This document shows positions 25,839 through 32,000 of a stretch of DNA of 32,000 nt, in pieces. The DNA is from an uncultured Balneolaceae bacterium (GTDB lineage: Bacteria > Bacteroidota > Rhodothermia > Balneolales > Balneolaceae). The stretch covers positions 10,662 through 42,661 of the forward strand of contig CALKOA010000023.1 of NCBI GenBank assembly GCA_938091655.1, given 5' to 3'. The notes beneath the pieces were generated by a model that saw only the letters and a program-made list of their open reading frames with translations, ran no database searches and had not been told where the DNA came from. A program made the position numbers and the translations under genes. Every line of letters starts with the position of its first letter. The stretch's first letter is position 1.

Positions 25839-28538
25839 ATGGTCAGTTTTCGAAGTCAAAGTCATATAAAGTGGAGTTTATTGCCGATTCTAAGCGCAAC
25901 GGCATTATTTTCACTTAGCTCGTTTGGGAGTGGGATAGCAGTAGCTCAAAGCTTGGTGTCTGAACAGCCGTATGACACAGCGCACATGCTCAGCAATGTT
26001 GCTGTCCAAACTCATAGTGTACAACAGAATTTACCTTTCGAGCTTAGCCCCGAGCAAGGTTTTTACGCTGATTCGGTCGAATTGAGATTGCTGAATAAGC
26101 AACCAGGGTGGGATTATTATTTTAATGTGCAGGGGAAAAAACCAGTTGATTGGGTGTTCCCAGAAGATGGAATTACATTAAAGGCTTCGAATGCAATTCG
26201 AATATTAGCCATTCAGCCCGAAACACAAGATACGGTGGAAGGATTTTATACTTATTTACTCAATCAAAACCCTAGCTTACCGGTTTTATCTCTCATTTTT
26301 GAACCTGGTGATTTTTTTTCGGGGGACCGAGGTATTTATGTGAAAGGCTCAAACGGAATACCAGGTTATTGTAGAAGTTCTCCTCATAATTGGAATCAAG
26401 ATTGGGAGCGCCCCATACAGATGACCCTTTTTGAGCAAGATGGGAGTGCTTCAGCTGTTCCTATGTTTTCGGTGGCGGCGGGGGTAAAAATTGGAGGTGG
26501 GTGTACTCGACTTTACGATCAGAAATCATTGGATATTTACTTTCGATCGGATTATGGACTCTCCCGGTTGAACTATCCACTATTCCCAGATAAGTCAATT
26601 ACCGAGTTCAATCGCTTATCTCTTCGAAACGGCGGGCAAGACTGGTATCGCGCAATGATTCGAAATGCATTTTCTCAAGAGTTAGTACGGGGTAGGATGG
26701 ATCTTGGGTATCAATCATACAAGCATGTAGCCGTCTATTTCAATGGGCAATATTGGGGAATTCATATGCTTCGAGAAAAGCAAAACGAAGATTTTATAGA
26801 ATCCAATTATGGGATAGATGCCGATGCTATTGATTTACTCTCAGGTAATGCATCGGTGGGGGAGGGTTCTGCGGCGCATTACGAACAGATGCTAGAATAT
26901 GTGAACGAAAATGGGTTGGAAGATTCGGTGCATTATGCATGGATTCAAGAACGCATGGATGTAGAACAATACATGGAGTACCTCATTGTTGAAATATTCT
27001 TAGCAAATGGGGATTGGCCGGCCAACAATATAAAGTATTGGAGGGCGCAGTCGGATACGGGCAAGTGGCGTTGGATTCTGTATGATGCGGATATGACTAT
27101 GGATAGTCATTCACGTGGCCGTTTAGAAACAAATATGTTTGAGAAATTGCATATGCTCACCGAAACTAATTACGAGCACCCAACATGGTCCACGCTACTA
27201 ATACGGAAATTATTAGAAAATTCTACCTTTAGAGCTTCATTTTTACAACGCTATAGCGTGCATTTACAACTTAGTTTTAATCCAAGCAGATCACTGGCTT
27301 TAATGGACAGTATTGCTGGGTTAATAGCGGATGAAGTGCCGGATCATATGCGACGTTGGTCTAAATCGATGCGTCTAGGTAATGATATGAATTGGGAAAA
27401 ACATCTCGATGTAATGCGCGATTTTTTGAGCCAGCGACCCGACAAAGAAAGGGAGCACATTCAGAGTTTTTTCGGGACAGGGGATATCCATCGTCTTGGC
27501 ACAAGTGTAAATCGTGCCAAATCCGGAATGATTCTGGTTGAAGGGGCTCGAAGTGATACCGCTGAATACGTGCCAATATACCATGATATACCCGCTCAAC
27601 TACGGGCTATTCCTGCTGCTGGATACCGTTTTGTGCGCTGGGAAGGTCTTAGTCATTCCAACAGCCCTGACATTCAAGTTACACTTGACAAAAATAGTGA
27701 GATTCAGGCCATATTCGAGCCTATTACAACCACACAAACCAGCGAGGTAGTCATTAATGAGATTCATTACAACGCCTCATCTACTCAAGATTCTGATGAT
27801 TGGGTCGAATTACATAATCCGAATGATTATGCAGTCGATATGAGTTACTGGTTTTTTTCCGACTCAGATGATGCACATCGATACTATTTTGCTCAAGGAA
27901 GTTTATTAGCAGAGGGTGGTTTTCGAGTATTAGTTCGGAAACCTGAGGATTTTGCTGCTATTTATCCCACCGTCAGCGTTGCAGAAGGTCCAATTGGATT
28001 TGGATTTGCTGGTTCTGGGGAGTTACTGCGACTATTTAATGCACAGGGACAATTGGTAGATTCGGTGCGATATGACGATGAGTCTCCTTGGCCTACAGCT
28101 GCAGATGGGCAAGGAGCCAGTTTAGCCTTAGTTAATCCATTACTAGATAATGCTGAAGCTCGTTTTTGGAGTGCATCTTCAAATGGAGGAACTCCCGGGG
28201 AACCAAATTTGGACGTGCTAGTGGCCAATGAATTGAACGAGAATCCCCAATATAAAATAGACCAACCATATCAAACTCAACTAGGCAACAATTACCCGAA
28301 CCCATTTAATCCTACCACAATAATTCCCTTTAGTCTGGAAAAGGCTTCAAAGGTGAGACTAACCGTCTATGATATGCTAGGCCGTACTGTACGGGTAATC
28401 ATAGATGAATACCGTTCAGCAGGGACACATGAAGTCCGTTTCAGTGCCGGTTTGGATGGGCTATCAAGTGGCTTATATATGTATAGTTTAGAGTTTGATG
28501 GTGAGCGAATAACAAAAACAATGCTACTTTTAAAATAA
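25839..28538 (+). CDS. Secreted CotH-kinase-family protein with lamin-tail domain (LTD) and T9SS C-terminal sorting domain
   Basis: Signal peptide. CotH-like core (YFNGQYWGIHMLREKQNEDF, LANGDWPANNIKYWR, WRWILYDAD). LTD VVINEIHYNAS...DDWVELHNPNDYAVDMSYWFFSD...GELLRLFN. T9SS tail NYPNPFNPTTIIPFSL...GLYMYSLEFDGERITKTMLLLK. Confidence 0.8.
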   Translation: MVSFRSQSHIKWSLLPILSATALFSLSSFGSGIAVAQSLVSEQPYDTAHMLSNVAVQTHSVQQNLPFELSPEQGFYADSVELRLLNKQPGWDYYFNVQGKKPVDWVFPEDGITLKASNAIRILAIQPETQDTVEGFYTYLLNQNPSLPVLSLIFEPGDFFSGDRGIYVKGSNGIPGYCRSSPHNWNQDWERPIQMTLFEQDGSASAVPMFSVAAGVKIGGGCTRLYDQKSLDIYFRSDYGLSRLNYPLFPDKSITEFNRLSLRNGGQDWYRAMIRNAFSQELVRGRMDLGYQSYKHVAVYFNGQYWGIHMLREKQNEDFIESNYGIDADAIDLLSGNASVGEGSAAHYEQMLEYVNENGLEDSVHYAWIQERMDVEQYMEYLIVEIFLANGDWPANNIKYWRAQSDTGKWRWILYDADMTMDSHSRGRLETNMFEKLHMLTETNYEHPTWSTLLIRKLLENSTFRASFLQRYSVHLQLSFNPSRSLALMDSIAGLIADEVPDHMRRWSKSMRLGNDMNWEKHLDVMRDFLSQRPDKEREHIQSFFGTGDIHRLGTSVNRAKSGMILVEGARSDTAEYVPIYHDIPAQLRAIPAAGYRFVRWEGLSHSNSPDIQVTLDKNSEIQAIFEPITTTQTSEVVINEIHYNASSTQDSDDWVELHNPNDYAVDMSYWFFSDSDDAHRYYFAQGSLLAEGGFRVLVRKPEDFAAIYPTVSVAEGPIGFGFAGSGELLRLFNAQGQLVDSVRYDDESPWPTAADGQGASLALVNPLLDNAEARFWSASSNGGTPGEPNLDVLVANELNENPQYKIDQPYQTQLGNNYPNPFNPTTIIPFSLEKASKVRLTVYDMLGRTVRVIIDEYRSAGTHEVRFSAGLDGLSSGLYMYSLEFDGERITKTMLLLK

Positions 28539-28695
28539 GCCACACTAAAAGGTAGGTTGGACTTCCCCAAATAGGGAAAAAATTCGTACATTTATAATCT
28601 GTAAAGGGTTAGCATGGGCTTGAATGAAGGCGGATGCTAGCCTCATACTATTTTATCATTACATACATTCAACACTTTCACAAAAAGACTCCTAA

Positions 28696-31401
28696 ATGAG
28701 CGATTTTAAGAACACAAGAGTAGCATTTGAAACAGGAAATGGCACAGCACACATGTTTAGTTTGTCCAAACTAAATGAGATGGGCTATGAGGGAGTTGAT
28801 AGGCTGCCTTTTTCAATAAAAATATTATTGGAAGCGGTACTACGTGAGTATGATGATTATCTGGTCACAGCAAAAGACATTGAAACACTGGCCAATTATG
28901 CGCCGGAAAATCCACAGGGAGAGATACCATTTAAGCCTTCCAGAGTGGTGCTTCAAGACTTCACAGGGGTCCCTGCAGTAGTTGATTTAGCCGCTCTTCG
29001 CTCAGCTATGAAGCGCATGGGTGGAAACCCTGAAGCCATAAACCCCCAAGTCCCTGTTGATTTAGTTATTGATCACTCGGTTCAGGTAGATATGTTTGGG
29101 CAAGAATTTGCGTTCATGCACAATGTCGAAAAAGAAATGGAGCGCAACCGAGAGCGATATGAGTTTTTAAAATGGGGTCAACAGGCTTTCGATAATTTTC
29201 GGGTGGTACCTCCTGGACGAGGAATTGTACACCAAGTGAACCTTGAATATTTAGCGAGAGGAATATTTACAAGAACAGAGGAGGATGGGTCCATTACTGC
29301 CTATCCAGATACCTTGGTTGGAACGGATTCACATACTACCATGATTAACGGTCTTGGAATTTTAGGATGGGGCGTTGGTGGCATTGAAGCGGAAGCAGCA
29401 ATGCTAGGACAACCTATTAGCATGTTAGTTCCAGAGGTAGTAGGGATGAAATTAACAGGGAAGCTTAGAGAGGGCGTTACGGCAACTGATTTAACGCTTA
29501 CTGTTACTCAAATGCTTCGTAAGCATGGTGTAGTAGGAAAATTTGTCGAGTTTTATGGGGAGGGAATTAGCAATATGAGTTTGCCCGACCGGGCGACCAT
29601 AGCCAATATGGCACCGGAATATGGAGCCACCATGGGATTCTTCCCTATTGATCATGAATCCTTACGGTATATGCGGCGCACTGGACGATCGGAAGAACTA
29701 GTGCAACTGGTTGAGCACTATACCAAAGCCCAAGGTTTATTCCGTACTGATAACACACCAGATCCTCACTTTACCAGCACACTTGAGTTGGACTTAAGTA
29801 CGGTTGAAACTTCGCTTGCAGGACCAAAATTACCACATGACAGAATAACATTAGGTAATATGAAGCGCACTTTTGAGGCGGCTTTAACGAGCGATAATCC
29901 CACGATGGGCTTTGCTCTAGCTCAAGATCAGTTAGCCAACAAAGCGATGTACCGCAATGGCCAAGATATTGAAATGAGACATGGTGATGTAGTGATTGCT
30001 GCGATAACTAGTTGTACTAACACCTCCAACCCAAGTGTTATGTTGGGAGCAGGTATTGTCGCCAAGAAAGCTGTTGAAAAAGGTTTGAAAGTGCCAGCAT
30101 ATGTAAAAACTTCATTGGCACCTGGTTCTCGTGTCGTGACAGAATATTTGAATGAAGCTGGATTAACTGAATACTTGGATACCCTTGGCTTTAATCTAGT
30201 AGGCTACGGTTGTACTACCTGTATTGGGAATTCAGGGCCACTTCCGGCCCCCGTAGAAAAGGCAGTCAAGGAAGGAGATTTGATTGTAGCAGGAGTGCTA
30301 TCTGGAAACCGAAACTTCGAAGGGCGTATTCATCCCTATGTGAAGGCCAATTTCTTAGCTTCCCCACCCTTAGTGGTGGCTTATGCATTAGCAGGAACCG
30401 TTGATATAAACCTGGCAACCGAGCCGCTAGGTAAGGACAAAGACGGAAATGAGGTGTATCTAAAAGAACTATGGCCAACCACAGATGAAATTGCAGCTGA
30501 GCTTGATAATGCCATACGACCAGATTTGTTTAATAAAATGTATGAGGATGTATTTGAATCACCAACCTGGGAAGAAATCCCAGTGAGTGGCGGGGAACTC
30601 TTTGACTGGAAGGATTCATCTACCTATATACAAGAACCTCCTTTTTTCATGAATATGTCCGAAGAATATCACCCCATACAGCCAATAAAGGGAGCTCGTG
30701 CGCTGGTTAAGGTAGGTGATTCAATTACCACTGATCATATTTCTCCAGCCGGAAATATTAAAGAAGATGCACCTGCAGGTTTGTTTTTAAAGCAAAACGG
30801 GGTACAAAGCGTTGATTTTAATTCGTACGGATCGCGTAGAGGGAATGATCGAATTATGACCCGAGGCACATTTGCCAATGTTAGGTTCAAAAATCAACTA
30901 GCGCCAGGAACTGAAGGTGGATTTACTACCTATTTCCCTGAAAATGAAGTGACCAGTATTTTTGAAGCTTCTGTAAAATATAAAGCTTCAAATACCCCAC
31001 TTGTGGCCTTGGCCGGTAAGCAGTATGGCACGGGATCCTCTCGTGATTGGGCTGCAAAAGGTACCAACTTGCTAGGTGTTAAAGTAGTTATTGCAGAATC
31101 CTATGAGCGTATTCACCGTTCTAATCTGGTACAAATGGGAGTACTTCCACTACAATATAAAGAGGGAGTAACTGCCGATAGTTTAGGGCTAGATGGTACC
31201 GAGCATTTTGATGTTGCAGTGGATGATTCAGTACAAGCACGACAAGAAATTCAGGTTGTTGCCACCAAAACGGATGGAACGGTTATTGAATTTACCACCG
31301 ACTGCCGCATAGATACTCCAGTGGAGGTAGATTACTACCGCAATGGGGGTATTTTACACACGGTACTGTTGGATTACGTACAAAAAAACCAAGCTAATTA
31401 A
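28696..31401 (+). CDS. acnA: Aconitate hydratase A
   Basis: 901 aa. [56 protein letters not shown] and [13 protein letters not shown] motifs of AcnA/IRP-type aconitase. Confidence 0.97.
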   Translation: MSDFKNTRVAFETGNGTAHMFSLSKLNEMGYEGVDRLPFSIKILLEAVLREYDDYLVTAKDIETLANYAPENPQGEIPFKPSRVVLQDFTGVPAVVDLAALRSAMKRMGGNPEAINPQVPVDLVIDHSVQVDMFGQEFAFMHNVEKEMERNRERYEFLKWGQQAFDNFRVVPPGRGIVHQVNLEYLARGIFTRTEEDGSITAYPDTLVGTDSHTTMINGLGILGWGVGGIEAEAAMLGQPISMLVPEVVGMKLTGKLREGVTATDLTLTVTQMLRKHGVVGKFVEFYGEGISNMSLPDRATIANMAPEYGATMGFFPIDHESLRYMRRTGRSEELVQLVEHYTKAQGLFRTDNTPDPHFTSTLELDLSTVETSLAGPKLPHDRITLGNMKRTFEAALTSDNPTMGFALAQDQLANKAMYRNGQDIEMRHGDVVIAAITSCTNTSNPSVMLGAGIVAKKAVEKGLKVPAYVKTSLAPGSRVVTEYLNEAGLTEYLDTLGFNLVGYGCTTCIGNSGPLPAPVEKAVKEGDLIVAGVLSGNRNFEGRIHPYVKANFLASPPLVVAYALAGTVDINLATEPLGKDKDGNEVYLKELWPTTDEIAAELDNAIRPDLFNKMYEDVFESPTWEEIPVSGGELFDWKDSSTYIQEPPFFMNMSEEYHPIQPIKGARALVKVGDSITTDHISPAGNIKEDAPAGLFLKQNGVQSVDFNSYGSRRGNDRIMTRGTFANVRFKNQLAPGTEGGFTTYFPENEVTSIFEASVKYKASNTPLVALAGKQYGTGSSRDWAAKGTNLLGVKVVIAESYERIHRSNLVQMGVLPLQYKEGVTADSLGLDGTEHFDVAVDDSVQARQEIQVVATKTDGTVIEFTTDCRIDTPVEVDYYRNGGILHTVLLDYVQKNQAN

Positions 31402-31448
31402 AGATAGCAGACGTGACAAAGCGTCAACCACTTACCTTGGTTTTAGGC

Positions 31449-32000
31449 CTATTTGGTTGGCAAATTACTCATTGTGAACCGTTCGGCTAGTTTCCTCGAA
31501 CTCACAGGTATGTATAGTAGAATTTGGATAAAAAGCTGTTTAAGCCATTGAAGCTTGGATTTTCGCCCCATTTTCATGTTCCAGTGTGCACGACGAGCTA
31601 CTTCAGTTACAACCGCGTCGAAATTAGTCGAATACGAAGTGAGTGGTAATGGATGTTCCGAGGGCTTATACAATACACCTTTGTCATTGAGTTTTTTGAC
31701 ATCTTTGGCTAGTTGCCATGCTCCCAACCATCCTAAATTCATTCCCTGTCCGCCTATAGGGCTAACAACATGGGCGGCATCGCCCACCAGGAATAAACGA
31801 TTTTTCTGTCTCCAGGCTGCTCTGTGGTGTTGTACACCAAAGCTACTAATCATTGAGCAATAATTTGCATTGGGTCTTTCCCCAACCCGCTCATAAATAG
31901 CTTCACTAAGCCACTTCGGTTGTGGCTTTGAATGGTAGTGCTCGGTTTTAATTACCCATCGTCTTTTTTGATCAGCGATGGGAAAGGATTCCACCAATCC
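31449..32000 (-). CDS. FAD-dependent monooxygenase, C-terminal part (5' end outside window)
   Basis: LFLVGDAAHVVSPIGGQGMNLGWLGAWQLA is the conserved FAD-binding (FAD_binding_3 / UbiH-like) motif. The frame runs to the window edge. Confidence 0.6.
   Translation of the reverse strand, partial: GLVESFPIADQKRRWVIKTEHYHSKPQPKWLSEAIYERVGERPNANYCSMISSFGVQHHRAAWRQKNRLFLVGDAAHVVSPIGGQGMNLGWLGAWQLAKDVKKLNDKGVLYKPSEHPLPLTSYSTNFDAVVTEVARRAHWNMKMGRKSKLQWLKQLFIQILLYIPVSSRKLAERFTMSNLPTK

Noticed and set aside
1-32000. Looked for tRNA/rRNA signatures, CRISPR-like spaced direct repeats, IS terminal inverted repeats, transposase/integrase ORFs and toxin-antitoxin or defence-island gene pairs
   Set aside because: None was seen by eye on either strand. 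A computational scan (tRNAscan-SE, Infernal, ISfinder, DefenseFinder) would be needed to exclude them formally.

Overview
Mostly housekeeping chromosomal window with 27 protein-coding genes. I saw no rRNA, tRNA, CRISPR, IS element or prophage by eye. I infer an FCB-group host (Bacteroidota / Balneolota / Rhodothermota-like) from three signs: a T9SS-type C-terminal sorting domain on a secreted CotH protein, almost no Shine-Dalgarno sequences, and folP-cdaA adjacency. Recognisable blocks are: NHL-repeat fragment + NPP phosphodiesterase; 7Fe ferredoxin; folP-cdaA; a DNA-damage-tolerance neighbourhood (Y-family polymerase, divergent GC-rich His/Arg-rich orphan, SRAP/YedK); tandem-PAS protein + sufE; methylmalonyl-CoA mutase + MeaB; the conserved minus-strand run rplM-rpsI / rpsB-tsf-pyrH-frr-smc; CotH/LTD/T9SS protein; aconitase A; and a truncated FAD monooxygenase. 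The stand-out is a tightly packed five-gene minus-strand operon (7246-12490). It encodes a membrane protein that reads as a FliF-like periplasmic segment fused to FliG middle and C-terminal-like domains. The other four genes encode a predicted outer-membrane beta-rich protein, a TPR lipoprotein, a MotA-type subunit and a MotB-type subunit. No other flagellar gene lies anywhere in the 32 kb. I propose it as an orphan, envelope-spanning rotor-stator-like module of unknown function. Secondary observations: a LOV-like PAS domain with Pro at the photoactive Cys position; a 453-bp gap holding a strong terminator far from any stop codon (possible sRNA); a structured rpsB leader; and two ORF-track starts (pyrH, rplM) that are TTG over-extensions. 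All homology calls come from motif recognition by eye. No searches were run.
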